Part shown: positions 39,830-53,725 of the stretch, piece by piece
Layout of the letters: each line of letters opens with the position of its first letter
Numbering within the stretch: position 1 is the first letter of the stretch
NCBI GenBank assembly: GCA_964016885.1
Contig: OZ024740.1
Location: 107,818,001-107,882,000, forward strand
Length of the DNA stretch: 64,000 nt
Origin: Eledone cirrhosa
Lineage: Eukaryota
Direction of reading: 5' to 3'
Position numbers and translations under genes: made by a program
Notes under the pieces: generated by a model
Told to the model about the DNA's origin: nothing
What the model saw: the letters and a program-made list of their open reading frames with translations, nothing else
The model's database searches: none

Positions 39830-39872
39830 ACGATGTACTAGTTTCAAGCTTGTTAGCTATCATCAGCACCGT
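39830..39872 (-). ncRNA. Minimal type I hammerhead ribozyme (right copy)
   Basis: Identical to 39371-39413; predicted cut at 39836/39835. Confidence 0.85.
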
Positions 39873-42207
39873 ATACCCATCTGCCAGATAGTTGAACGTT
39901 CAAAAGTATATACTTTCCTTATGAAAATTAACGGCTGAGCAGCCTAATTTGCATATTGAGTGAGTTAAATCGGTCAGGCATACCGAAAATGATAAGTTGA
40001 AATAAAATGAAAACGAAATTTCATTTCTCCCTCTTAGTATGGCACTTACTTAAATGTAAGTATGTATGTAACGTACATACATATATGTATACAGACGTAC
40101 AGTAGCATGCATATATATATATATACATACAGGTACACATACATATATGCACGTATCAAACTATATTTGAATAAAACGGAGAGGATAGTTACAGTGGTAA
40201 TGTCATTGATTCTAGGTCTACTTAACATTTGTAGCTTTATTTCTAATGAAATACACTATCTTTTACTGGTTTCAGGATGGTTGATTGGCAGAATTGTTAG
40301 AGTATTGGACAAATGCTTAAACACATTTGTTCTGGGTTCAAATCCTCCTGTGGCCAATTTAGACTTTTGTCCTTCTGAGATTAATAAAATATAGTACCAG
40401 TAAAATACTGGGATCGATATAATTGATTTTTGCTTCTCTTAAATTGCTGGCTTTGTGCCAAAATTAGAAATCATTCTTTCACAGATTTCAGTCATCAGAC
40501 TAAGATCATACTGAGGCATGGCTTTCAAGAGTTTGGTTGATCATATCAACCCCAATATTTATTTTTAAGTCTGGTACTTATTTCATCTAACTCCATTTAT
40601 CAAACTGCTAAGTTACAGGACATAAAGAAAGACACAGGATCAGATACACACAGATAAAGTTTGTTAAAGTTAAGATACTGAATCCAAGTAGATTTAGACT
40701 CTATAACTACTGTTTTGCAGAGAAATACTGAATCACTTATTGGCCGAGTTAACAACTTGCCTTCATATATCTTTAGAGATAAAAAAAGGAACTAGTTTTA
40801 AACCTGTGTTAGGATTTCTTCAGCAGCAGTGTATCTTTTTCAACTGTCCTCAAATGCCAAGAATACTTTATATGTGCAAATTGGTCTACCCAGTTTATTT
40901 AAGAACTTAGAAATATTGGGTTTATAAACAGTGTCTCTGTGGATCTCTCTTTTTCTGTCATCATCATCATTTAACATCCATTTCCTGATAGTAAGGGTTG
41001 GATGGGTTGTCACAGACCGAGTCAGTACTCAAGCAGAGATACTGACTTCTCAGATGGGACTTCTGAAGGCAAGTGGTACCAAAACAACCACCTTACAGGG
41101 TGAACTGGGCACTTCTTGTCATGTCACCAGCACGAACACCTTACAAGGTTCTGGGCACTTTTTGTCGTGTCACCAGTATAACGACCACCTTACAGGGTGG
41201 ACTGGGTGTTTTTGTTGTGGCACCAAATCAGCATACATTCCAGCACTCTACCTAGAACACAGATGGGCCAGGTGCCTGCATCACATTTACTGCACTCTAC
41301 TGAATGCATTTTATCATATCATCAGTACTAGAGAGTTTACCATGTCTTTTGACATAGTTGAAAAAATCTCATGACCTTTGTTTGCCAAGTTTTCTATGTC
41401 AGAATGCCTTCCTAACACCAATGACTTTACAGAGTATACGGGGTGCATATATCATGTGGTACACCAGCACAAGGGAAGTTCTGATGTCTTTGATACAACT
41501 GAAGAATCCTCTTGTAGTGTTAAAACATGACACACACGTGCACGCACACACATACATACATAGAGTGTTGGCTAAAGATCTATGGCTATATTCTGCAGTA
41601 AAATATAATGTATCTATGACTACGTTAACCCATTCATGACCATATTTCTGAGGAAATACACTCTATTTTAATTAATTAATGAGAAATTTTGAGGGATTTA
41701 CTAAAATTATTAATTATTTCATTATTAAGATAGTAACTATGTTGAAAATGTTATTTTTATTTAAATAGGAACCCTTTAAAAGGATTTGTTTTGTTTCATA
41801 GAACCACAGCCAATATTGGCTGTGTTAAAATAAAAAGGGTTAAGGAATGTGTTCTTCCTTTTCTAACACAGTAGGGTGTGATTTAACCCTTTCCTTATTA
41901 TATGTATAATGGAAGACATTGTGATTTTCAATAAATTTTGAAAATAATCAAGATTTGGGGGGGATTTAGTAATACAACAAACTTGTTGAGGTTTGGAAAA
42001 TGACTTAACCTTTTGATTATCATATTTCTTAACAAGTACTATATTTTATCAACCCCGTGATAGGCAAAGTTTAACTCAGTGGGATTAGAACTCAGAACAC
42101 AGAAGCTAGTTACGGAATATTTGCAAAGCATTTCATCAGACACTCCAATAATTCTGCCAACCCAACGCCCTAATAACAGTAATAATAACAACAATAATGA
42201 TAATATT

Positions 42208-42244
<37 letters not shown>

Positions 42245-42753
42245 TATGTCTCCAAAAACAAAAGACTGGGGGTATATTAGTCATGACTTGCTGGTAGCTA
42301 ATGCAATAAACATGAGCATCAAATCTTAAATACTCACACCCCCAGCTGGTAGTTATAACAGAAAAGTGAGGAATTAGCAACAAGATTCCACCCTACCACA
42401 CCACCACCATCCACAGCGCCTTCACCACCACCACCACTTCCATCTGCAGCACCAAACACCACCACTTCCAACACCACCATCATCTGCAGCACCAACGCCA
42501 CCACCACCTACTACAGACCAATGCCGCCACCTCTAACACCATCATCTACAGCACCAACGCCACCACCTCTAACACTGCGATTCTCACCAGCTGTTAGATG
42601 GAACTATTACAGCAGACTTTGGAGAGATGGTGGTTCTTGTTATCACCCATCTCCCACATATATATACAATAAACATGAGATTGAAAAAAGTTTTTAAAAC
42701 AACATAAAAACAACATTTCAGATGAATTTCTATGAATACAATGACAGGTGTAA

Positions 42754-42799
<46 letters not shown>

Positions 42800-43235
42800 C
42801 CCCCCCCACACACACACACACATATGCATGTGTGTCATCATCATCATTCTTTAACATCCATTTTTCCATGCTTGCATGGGTTAGACCATGTCATGCTCAT
42901 ACAGATCTGTATTTTAGTTTTACAGTTGGATGCCCTTCCTAACACCAACCACATTACAGTGTGGACGTGGTGCTTTTTATCGTGGTACCGAAACAACCAC
43001 CTTACAGGGTGAACTGGGCACTTCTTGTCATGTCACCAGCACGAACACCTTACAAGGTTCTGGGCACTTTTTGTCGTGTCACCAGTATAACGACCACCTT
43101 ACAGGGTGGACTGGGTGTTTTTGTTGTGGCACCAAATCAGCATACAGGGTGGACTTCGTGCGTTTTGTCATGGCAACAGCATTGGGGAGATCAAATGTCA
43201 AGCATGTCCAGCATTCATGCTGTGTGTATATGTTC

Positions 43236-43552
43236 ATTTCATTTCATTTTCATTTCATTTTTACGTCCGCTTTTCCCTGCTTGCAAGGGTGGGACGGGAA
43301 CTGACACTGGCTTGATTTCTACAGCTGGATGCCCTTCCTAACACCAACCTCATTTACAGTGAGTGCTGGGTGCTTTTTTGCCATGGCACCTCCACGACCA
43401 CTTTGCAGTGGAATAATAGGGACCTCAGTCCCTATCATCTCATTTCTACAGCTGAGTAAACTGGAACAATGTGAAATAAAGTCTCTTGCTCAAGGAAACA
43501 ACACATCACCCGGTCCGAGAATTGAACTCACAACCTTTCAATTGCAAGGCCA
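43236..43552 (-). mobile_element. CORE-type SINE
   Basis: Same family as 32019 and 57590, slightly 5'-truncated. Confidence 0.85.
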
Positions 43553-44694
43553 ATATCATGTGTGTATATATATATATATGAGCAAGCTTTAGAGTTTATA
43601 TATATATATATGATTTGGCTTGTCTCAGAACGGGATAGCTCATCTAACCCATGCTAGCGTGGAAAAAATGGACATTAAACGGTGATGATATGTGTGTGTG
43701 TGTGTGTATATGAGGTTTGTCCCAAAAGAAAGAGTACTGATGTTTTATTTAAATGTATATTAGACATACATGAAATTACAGTGTATTTTCATTAGATTTA
43801 TGGCAATAAAAGGGTTAATCCACTAATAATAGTAGGTTTATAAGTAATGTCTCTGTGGACAGATAAAGAGAGTACTCAGTTGCAGATAAAGTTCTAACAC
43901 ATCTTTTTCTGTTCATCAAGATATTATACATAATGACAGTGTTTGCATTTGTCTATTGCAAACAGTGTTGGCTAAAATCTCTAGATTACCATATATATTT
44001 GTGAATAAGTTGCACCATTAAATAAGTCACACCTACATTTTACATACAACACTTACAATCATCATCATCATCCCCATCTAACATCCATTTTTCCATGCTA
44101 GCATGGGTTATTTTGAATTGGGGTTTTGTAAGTTCAGTAGATAAGTAGCATGCTGTATTTTGATGTATTTTTGTGGATATGTATACACAAGTATATACAG
44201 TGTTTTTGAATTGAGGTTTTTGTAGGTCAGTAGATAAGTTGCATGCTGTGTTTACATGGAAAAAGGTGTAACTTCTACACAAGTATATATGGCATGTACT
44301 GTGAGTTGTCAAGAATAGTCCAAAGATACCACTGATAGACTCAGAGATAGTGTTTCAGCCATTCTGAGATATAACCCTTTTGATCCCAAGCTGCCTCCTG
44401 TTTTACAATACAAACTGTTTTGTATTTATCTAAAAACCTACCATTATAATCTTAAGTTAGAACTTTTGTTAAATTATGTTGCAAACACCAGCTTAATAAT
44501 GAGAAATTTAGTTACATTACTAAATCACTCCAGGTTCTTGATATTTTCAAAATTATTTGAAAATCATAGACAGTGTCTTTCATTAAAAATATGGTAATGA
44601 AAGGCTTAATAATGAGAACGTTTACTAAATTTCTATAAATTCTTGATTATCAAAATCATTTGGAAATTATAGACAGTGTCAATTATTAGAAATG

Positions 44695-44893
44695 CGAGGG
44701 GAGGATGAACAGTTCATAGGCTGACTATTAAGGAGTGATGCTAGAGCTGTGAAATCTTGCATGCATGAATTTCAACTCTTCTTATTATAACTGCATTGTT
44801 TCTTTACAGGGACCATGTTGAAAAATAAACCTCATTTGGTCATTTCATGAGAGTATCATGGTCAACCTATGAACTTTTCAGCCAACTCTCATA
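44695..44893. mobile_element. Tc1/mariner-type MITE nested in a TTAA MITE
   Basis: CGAGGG..AGTTCATAGG..CCTATGAACTTTTCAGCCAACTCTCATA. Confidence 0.75.
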
Positions 44894-46221
44894 GATTAAC
44901 AAAAAGGGTTAAAGTAGAGGTAAACAGTTCATAAAAATAACTCAGGTCTAACTCAGGTCTCAGGAAGAGAGGAGATATTTAACCTAGGCTATAAAACAGA
45001 TATAAAATGAATAACGTAGAATTGTGTACTGCAGTAGGAGCAGCAGGAGTTGCCATTTGTGTGTTGTGAACAAATATAATTCTTGAGATGAAATATATAT
45101 TTGAATGTGATGATGGTAGTTTCTCCGTTATATAATATATGGCAGCTGGCATGTCTACCTCGTTAGCAGATGTGTAGATTGATTATCTGTGGCATCTATT
45201 GCAATTTCTATCTTTGAAGACATTTGTTTATATATACACATATGCAGAGAGCTTAGATTTATTTATATAAAAAAATTAACTATTGATATTATATTTGCAA
45301 GGCTTAATTAATAAGATGTTTGAGTAACAACCAGGTTTATGTTCATGTTGTGTCTTCAGAGCAACTCACCTGCCTTTAGAACACTGCGGCCTTACTATTT
45401 AAAACTACAGGAACAAGTAATAGGTGAAATCAAATCATTCCTCCAGGAATTAAACCTTGTGTCACAGATTTCATTAAAAGATTTTCCCTATTTCAAATAC
45501 ATGCATGTACTTACACACACAGACTTCACAATACTTGCATGTTCATACACATATATGTGTGTGTGCAGGCATACACACACACACACGTTGCCCTACTTCA
45601 CAACACTTGCCCATAAACACATTCATACATACACATATCTTGACTTCACAATACTTACATGTTCATACACAAGCATGTGTGTGTGTGCATGCATGCATGC
45701 ATACATACACACACACAAAGTCAATGACAGAAAGATTAAGATATTAGATTGAAATTCTTTAAGCTAAGAAATGCCTTTCTATTTTGTATATCTATTTTGT
45801 TTATTCCTCCCTTTTCCTCTTCTACCATTTCTATAATGGTCTTTAGCAGATAATTGTAGGTCACTACAGGTCTTTGCTCCTTGGAGATTGCTAGTCTGGT
45901 GCCACTACCAATTCAGCTCTCACAAATCACTCATCTTTCCTCCCCTCATCATCCATGTTGTGTTCAACCCCTCTGGACCCTCTCTAACTACTAAACCCAA
46001 TCCTTTCTGTTCCCTTGCTTGGATGCAAGATTAAGTTGAATTGTTCAACATTCACAGTTATTTATCTTCCCATCTTTCAAATATTTATTATCTTACATTC
46101 TTACATGGACAGAGACAACTGCTTTTGGTACAAAATCAATGACAAGATTAAACCAAGAACATATTCATTTATTAAATATTCATTCATATATAATTAATTA
46201 ACCACAAACAACTAAATACGA

Positions 46222-46597
46222 TTAACTCTTTAGCATTTACGTGAATTGGCAGTATCGGTAGAGGGTCAGACATGCTTTCCAGCATAGTTACGTCCCTTTA
46301 CGATCTGAGTTCAAATCCTGCCAAAGTTAACTTTGCCTTTCATCCTTACAAGGTCGATAAAATAAAGTACCAATAATGTACTGGGTAATTGCTGGCCTTG
46401 TGCCAAAAGTAGAAACAATTATTACTCTATAGTAAAGTCATTATCTCACATAATATCAAATCTATGAGATTTTGATATTATTTATTTTGAGAACAATACG
46501 TTAACATCAGTATGAGCAGCCAATTACAACCGGTTTGAACAGAAAGAAGTGAAAAAAATCTGGCCGAATACAGCCGGTTTAAATGCTAAGGAGTTAA
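46222..46597. mobile_element. TTAA MITE (family 1) with a nested Nin-SINE (~46241-46421)
   Basis: MITE termini TTAACTCTTTAGCATTTAC and AATGCTAAGGAGTTAA are split by the SINE. Confidence 0.8.
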
Positions 46598-46912
46598 GTT
46601 TGATAAAATCAAACTATTTGTTATTGACATCATCTAATTGAAAGTGTTTTTTTTTTCCTTGTTCTGCCTAAAAACAACACATACACTCATACATAACCTC
46701 TCCTCAAATGATATTTTGTATTCATCCTCTGCTTACCAAAGACAATCATTCAAACTTAGATTTTATTCTTATAAAAAGTTAATCTCACAGATTAAGAAAT
46801 TGAAATCTAAGAAGTGAATTAAAAACTGAAATAAAATTTAATCAAAATGCTAATTAACTTCATCAAAATTCTACACAAGAAAAATAGATGGGGTAATCTG
46901 AAATCCTACATA

Positions 46913-47550
46913 ATTAATGCTTTTGATACTAAACAACCTAAATCCATCGCTGTTTCTATGATCTAAAACTGCTTGTTTTAAAGTGTTCATATCTATCTAA
47001 AAACTTTCCATCATAATTTCATGTAAGAACCTTTGTTAAGTTATGTTCCAAACATCATCAAAATAATGAGAAAGTTAGTTTGAATTGGCAGTATTGGTAG
47101 AGGGTCGGACGCCATGCTTTCCAACATAGTTACGTCCCTTTAAGGTCAGAGTTCAAATCCCGTCGAGGTTAACTTTGCCTTTCATCCTTACGGGGTTGAT
47201 AAAATAAAGAACCAGTAATGCCTTGGGTAATTGCTGGCCTTGTGCCAAAAGTAGAAACAATTATTAACCCTTTAGCATTTACATAACTCTATTATATTTA
47301 CACAGTAAAGGGTTTATCTTATATAATTATCTCACATATCGAATCTATGAGATTTTGGTAGTGTATTTTGAGAACAATACCGTAACATAAGTATGAGCAG
47401 CTGGTTTGAACAGAAAGAGGTGAGAGAATTCTGGCCAGATATGGCTGGTTTAAATGCTAAAGGGTTAAATTCCTCCAAACTCTTGACTATTTTCAAAATT
47501 ATTTGAAACCCATAAGGAGTGTATTTCATTAGAAATATAACAAAAAGGTG
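46913..47550. mobile_element. Nested stack: MITE family 2 containing a Nin-SINE (47081-47263) and MITE family 1 (47264-47468)
   Basis: Each component matches other copies in the window. Confidence 0.75.
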
Positions 47551-49453
47551 TCAAACCAGGTAAATATTGAGTATTTGAACCAAGTGCGTCCATCAATTTA
47601 GATTTATTTTCTTATATCCACAAGACTGTTTTGTTGAATTTCTTCAGTGGCTGAAGTACATGTACAGCAAATTAAATACTTAGGAGCAATAGATAATAAT
47701 CATCATCTTTTTTATTTCTGTTTTTCAACTTTTGCATGGGTTGGATGGGTCCTTTTCAGCACAGCAAATTTCCATTCATTGCATTTCTTCAACATCTTCG
47801 AGTCTCAGTGATTTGAGATCAGCTCTCAATACCTCTGCCCATGTCTTTCTTGGTCTACCCCTATTGTAGCATCCTTATACTGGGATTTCCTGGAATTTCT
47901 TCACTCAGCAATCATAATTCTAGAAATTAATTTTTTTTAATCACTTAGTCAGGAAGAGGGGCAGTGCTCATGACTCATTTCAAAACCATTCGTTTGGTGG
48001 AAGGAAGGGAGGGACGTATCCTGAAAGTGAAAACCTTAGCTTGAATGCTTACAACATAGAGTGGCTTCCATTAAAAGTACCCAAGGACCAGGTGGTGATG
48101 TTAAACCAGGGGACAGATAATGTCTATTAGCCATTTAGGTTACAGCCAGACTTGAACTCACAACACAAAGAACAGCAACAAATTCTGCAAATGTTCTAAC
48201 AATTCCACCAATCCAACTCCTTAGGCAGGATTCATAACTCAGAGCACATAGAGCCAGAATTGCAAAGCATTTTGTCATATGCTGTTGTTGTTACAACTCA
48301 CACTTATGTAGGTTTAGCTGGTCTCCTATGAGGTTACATCTCATAAGCAGTTTCTTCTGTGTTTTAATGATAGGGGACCTAGTCCTATCACAAAAAGCAA
48401 CATAAAATGAAGCATCTTGCTCAAGAACACAAAGCAGCACCCAGTCCAGGAATTGACATCATGACCTTATAATCACATCCTAACCACCAAGCCATGTGTC
48501 TTTACTTATTTTGTCATTATACTCTAACAACTCAGCCAATTCAACACTACATAAATCTAACACTTTAGACACTCCATGCCAGCCTCACTTTGTCTCTGTT
48601 ACTGTTCTCACTCTGCTCTCTAGTAGTTGCTTGTGTGAAGTGCAGTGAGGTGCAGTGTGACAGTCAAAACATCATGCTTCTGTTTTATTGTTTAATTAGT
48701 TTGTTATAAGATCAAAAGTCTAAACAATAATCACAGTTATAAAGAGCAAATAAATTTGATGTACATTCACTCACTCACTCACTTCAGTTTCTCTAAGAAA
48801 TATAAATTCCACAAGTTTGCTGAATGTTCTTTTACATGCCACTGTCATAGAATTAATTATTCAATAATCTACATTTATTAGCAATGCCTCATAACGTATG
48901 TTCTTTGATAGACTGTCAATTTGACTGTTCAATTCAATACCATACGTAAGTTATTGTGTTAAAAACTGATGTCAAGAGACTGAACTTTACAAAGGTGGAA
49001 ACAAAGGAAAGAAACAAGCAGAGAAGTATTATTCTGGAGAAAACTCATCAAACCCAGACACAAGCATGGGAAAAAGACATAGAAATGATAATAATGATCA
49101 ATGATGATGTGCTCCATAATGAAGTTATATGAAAGATTATTTACAGATGCTTCAACCAGAACACCTTTAGATAAAAATGACAGAAAATAAAATCCAATTA
49201 CACTACAGCAATGTCTATCTAAAATTAGTTTCAGTTTCAGAGAAGAGGAGATAATATCATAATGGTTGTTCACCTTCCTGAGAGGGGCAACCAGTTTAGT
49301 GTACATTGTTTTATATGAGTGTATATATATATATGTGTGTGCGTGAGTGTTGGTGCTCTGAAATAGCGATGTATATACGAATGTACGTATTATATATTTA
49401 ATAATATACTGTATGTTTATTTAAATAAGCATACAGTTTATTATTAAATATAC

Positions 49454-49670
49454 ATTTCATTCATTTCATTTTCATTTTACGTCCACTTTTCCCTGCTCGC
49501 AAGGGTGGGACGGGAACTGATTCTGGCTTGATTTCTACAGCTGAGTAAACTGGAGCAATGTGAAATAAAGTGTCTTGCTCAAGGAAACAACACATCACCC
49601 GGTCTGAGAATTGAACTCACAACCTTTCGATTGTAAGCCCAATGCTCTAACCACTAAGCCATGTGCCTCC
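49454..49670 (-). mobile_element. CORE-type SINE with internal deletion
   Basis: Lacks the segment between the two TTTCTACAGCTG direct repeats that full copies contain. Confidence 0.8.
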
Positions 49671-49758
49671 ATACAATACGTATATATATATATATATATA
49701 TATATTATTTACACACCCACACAATATATACATATTTACACACCCACACACATATATA

Positions 49759-51369
49759 TTTGGGCTTGTGCCAGGAAAAGGCACTACTGATGCTCTCTTC
49801 CTTGTGAGGCAGTTACAGGAAAAGTACCTAGCTAAAAGTAAGCCGTTCTACATGGCATTTGTCGATCTGAAAAAAGCCTTCAACAGAGTGCCCTGTGCTA
49901 TAATCTGGTGGTCTCTTAGAAAACTAGGAGTAGATGAATGGCTTATGAAAGCTGTACAAGCCATGTATAGGAGAGAAGTCAGCAAATGTAGGGTTAACAA
50001 TGACTATAGCAAGGAATTTAGCATACAGGTCGGTGTCCACCAGGGCTCTGTTCTTAGCCCTCTCCTGTTTATCATAGTATTGCATGCTATAACAGAGGAG
50101 TTTAAGACCGGATGCCTATGGGAACTTCTGTATGGATGATCTTACACTTATAGCTGAATCTATGGTGGAACTAAAGAAACTCCAAACATGGAAGCAGGGA
50201 TTAGAAATAAAGGGTCTCAAAGTCAACCTGACAAAGACTAAGGTCCTCGTAAGCAGACAAGAAAACAGAACCCAGATTCCCTCAGGGAAATGGCCTTGCT
50301 CAGTATGTAGGAATTAATCCTCTGCTCCAAATGCAGACTATGGGTACACAAGAGATATAGTGGGATCTCAGGAAGCTTAGTTAAGAATGTAGGCTTTACA
50401 TGTAGCAGCTGCACCAGGACAGCAAGCAGCAAACGACCACAGGAAACAAGCACCACAAAACTCTGGGAGGACTCTGTAGAAACAGTAGGCAGCTTTTGCT
50501 ACCTAGGTGACCAAATTAGCAGTGGAGGTGGGTGTTCTGAAAGTACAGTAACCAGGGTAAGAACGGGATGGAAGAAGTTCAGGGAGCTACTGCCACTGTT
50601 AGCTGCAAAAGGCTTTTCCCTCAAAATGAAAGGTAGACTGTATGATGCGTGCAAACGAACAGCAATGTTACATGGTAGTGAGACCTGGGTGCTGTGTGTA
50701 GAAGACTTGTGTAGATTAGAAAGAAATGAAGCTTGCATGCTCCGATGGATGTGTAATAGTAATATACGCGAACGGCAAAGTATAAACGAATTGAGAGAGA
50801 CTGAGCGTAAGAGGAATCAAATGCTGTGTGCCGGAGAGGAGGTTGTGTTAGAATGGACATGTGATGCGTATGAAGGATGACAGCTGCATAAAAAGGTGCA
50901 GAGCACTAAAAGTCGATGCAAGCCTTGAAGTGGGGAGACCCAAGAAGACCTTACCCAATTGCACCTCTCAAAGGTGATGACACACGACCATGACCTCTGG
51001 CGTCATGCAGTAATACAAAAAACCCGACTTCCCACGGGTACAAGCCGAAGCTGAAGCATATAGACAATATGCCCCCACTCTCTCCCACTGCAAAGTGGTC
51101 ATGGAGGTGCCACGGCAAAAAAGCACCCAGCCCACACTGTAAGGTGGATGTGTAGGCGCCACGAAAAAAAGCACCCAGCACTCACTGTAAATGAGGTTGG
51201 TGTTAGGAAGGGCATCCAGCTGTAGAAATCAAGCCAAAATCAGTTCCCATATGAGCAAGACATGGTCACCCAACCTGGCAATGCCCACAACAGGACAACC
51301 CGTCTAACTCATGCTAACGTGGAAGAATGGACGTAAAACAGTGATGATGATGATGATGATGACGATGAT
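49759..51369 (+). mobile_element. 5'-truncated, frameshifted RTE LINE
   Basis: FGLVPGKGTTDALF, AFVDLKKAFNRV, GVHQGSVLSPLLF, LLY.DDL, FCYLG and HGSETW, then 3'UTR and (GAT)n. Confidence 0.92.
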
Positions 51370-51389
51370 ATATATATATATATATATAT

Positions 51390-51790
51390 CATAAAACATG
51401 TCTTTAGAATCACTAGATATAATATATACCAGGTAATTAAATATGTACGCATTTCTTCTAAGTTTATTTTACACCTAATTGTGTTTAGTTGACTGTATAT
51501 CTGGTCGATTTCTACATGCTGTCGAAATGTTCGATAAACACTCCATCGTAGCCACCGCGAAGGGGCTGCTTTCGGTTATTTGTCGGAGATTTCTTCATAG
51601 GAGCCTTTATTCTTATAGCTTGGTCTAATTGATTTTTTATATGGTTAATTGTGCTAATTGGGAGAGGAAATGGTATATATTATATCTAGTGATTCTAAAG
51701 ACATGTTTTATGCTATATAGCTCTGATTATTTAATTTATTAATTCTTTATTGAGCCACAACGTGACCCGTTGCAAAACACATATATATCT
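51390..51790. mobile_element. Unclassified repeat with a ~42-bp inverted terminal copy
   Basis: 51390-51431 is the reverse complement of ~51671-51712; the body is homologous to 28990-29275; flanked by (TA)n. Confidence 0.7.
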
Positions 51791-51792
51791 AT

Positions 51793-51832
<40 letters not shown>

Positions 51833-52301
51833 TGGATGGCCGTTGACTCACATGATTTCCGCCGCCCTTTGTCAGGTTTTGTTTTTCATCTTCCAGTCTG
51901 TCTGAAATTACCCTCCACATCAAGCAAACTTGGTAGGGTTGCCATTTTAGTTGCTGACAACCTGATCATGGTTTAGGTTGTACTTGGTTACATGTTACCA
52001 ACCAGTACCACTCAAGAGTGACCTGACTATAATTTAAGAGTGCGCAGAGCTGTAATAGATTTCATTGGTTGGCACTGGGTGGTCTTTTGTGGAATCTGTG
52101 TGTATCATAATGTCAGTTCAACATGCCACCCAGTGAACTGATGACACACAATATATAATAATAATTCGACAATGGGTTGGCACAACTGCTCCAGTTAGCA
52201 GAAAAATCTATGATTATGCAGGTGTGGTGAGCCACATATATTCTAGCCATTAGAAAAAGCAAAATGTTTCACCTTCGATGGAGGGATGACTCAAGAAGTA
52301 T

Positions 52302-52463
<162 letters not shown>

Positions 52464-53686
52464 TCATCATCATCACTATTTAGCATCCATTTTTCCATGA
52501 TTTTGACACCTGGAGGTGAGTTGTGTTCTTAAACAAGTCACTTCATTTCACATTGTTCTCTTTCCCTTAGCTGGCAAAAATGAGTTGTACCTGTAATTCA
52601 ATGGGCTAGCCTTGCCATACTATGTGTTGCACAGAATTTCCCTGAGAAGTACATTAAGGGTACACTGCTCTGTGGAGTGCTCAGCCACTTACTTGTTAAT
52701 TTCACAAGCAGGCTGTTCCATTGATCAAATTAACTGAAACACTTGTCAGAATTGGCAGGATACACACACACTGTAGTTCTGAACAAAGTTAATTTCTTCT
52801 AGAGAAAGAGAGAAGAGGGGACGGAGAGAAAATGAGATACAGAGGAGACAGAGAGATAAGAAAATCAACCCCAGTAGGGGACCAATAATCTATTAACCTC
52901 AAAAGGATGATAGGTAAAATTAAGCCTAGCAGAGAGCCATAACAAATACTGCAATATTTTCTATCCAACATTCTAACAACTCTGCTTAATACACGTGACT
53001 AAAAAAAAACCTGTCAATTTTTATACAAATGGCTCATCTTCATTAAGGATGGTGATGCCTTTGCTTTTATGGAGACAAATACTGACACTAGCAGACCACA
53101 AAATGAAGGATTAACAAGTTATTATTGGTAGAAACGACCATATATGTAAACCTAGAAACAGCTTAGAAACTCGGAAAGGCAATGTGCTTAAAGGTTTAAG
53201 TGTTATTCTAAATAAACTCTCAAATACCAATTGAAAATATGTACTAAGTAGCCATCTAAAAAACACCTTAAGTGTGTCCGACTAAATACCCCATAAGTGT
53301 CCAGCTAAACAAATACTCAAGTACTTTTATAAATACACTCCTTGGAGTTATGTTCAGGAAAATCTCTATGCTTCCATGAAAAACAAAGCAATTATTATAC
53401 TTATATCTACTCCTCTTCACTTCTGTCAATGACTTAACATAGATATTGTCATCATACATATCAAAAGAAATATTAATCCTTCCATTTTAATGAAACAACT
53501 GGTTTCAATTGAGTAATACTATGAGAAAGATGAGGATTTAGTTACATAGTTTATTCATAATTTCAAGAGAAACAGAATTCAGGTTTCACAGTTAAGATGT
53601 TTACAATGAGAGATGATGCAGAAATGAATCGGTCTATAGCAGACGAACGTGTATTTATGTGGGTCTGTAATATCAATATTATATTC

Positions 53687-53725
53687 ACTAGCAGAAAAAC
53701 CACCCTTTGGGTGGTTTTCTGCTTG
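53687..53725 (-). mobile_element. Possible Helitron 3' terminus
   Basis: Minus strand ACCACCC AAA GGGTGGT hairpin, then TTTTCTG-CTAG-T. Confidence 0.4.

Larger units (their letters stand above)
39123..40158 (-). mobile_element. Retrozyme-like / non-autonomous PLE tandem, ~2.2 copies of a 459-bp unit
   Basis: Near-identical direct repeats at offset 459, no credible ORF, one hammerhead per full unit. Confidence 0.85.
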
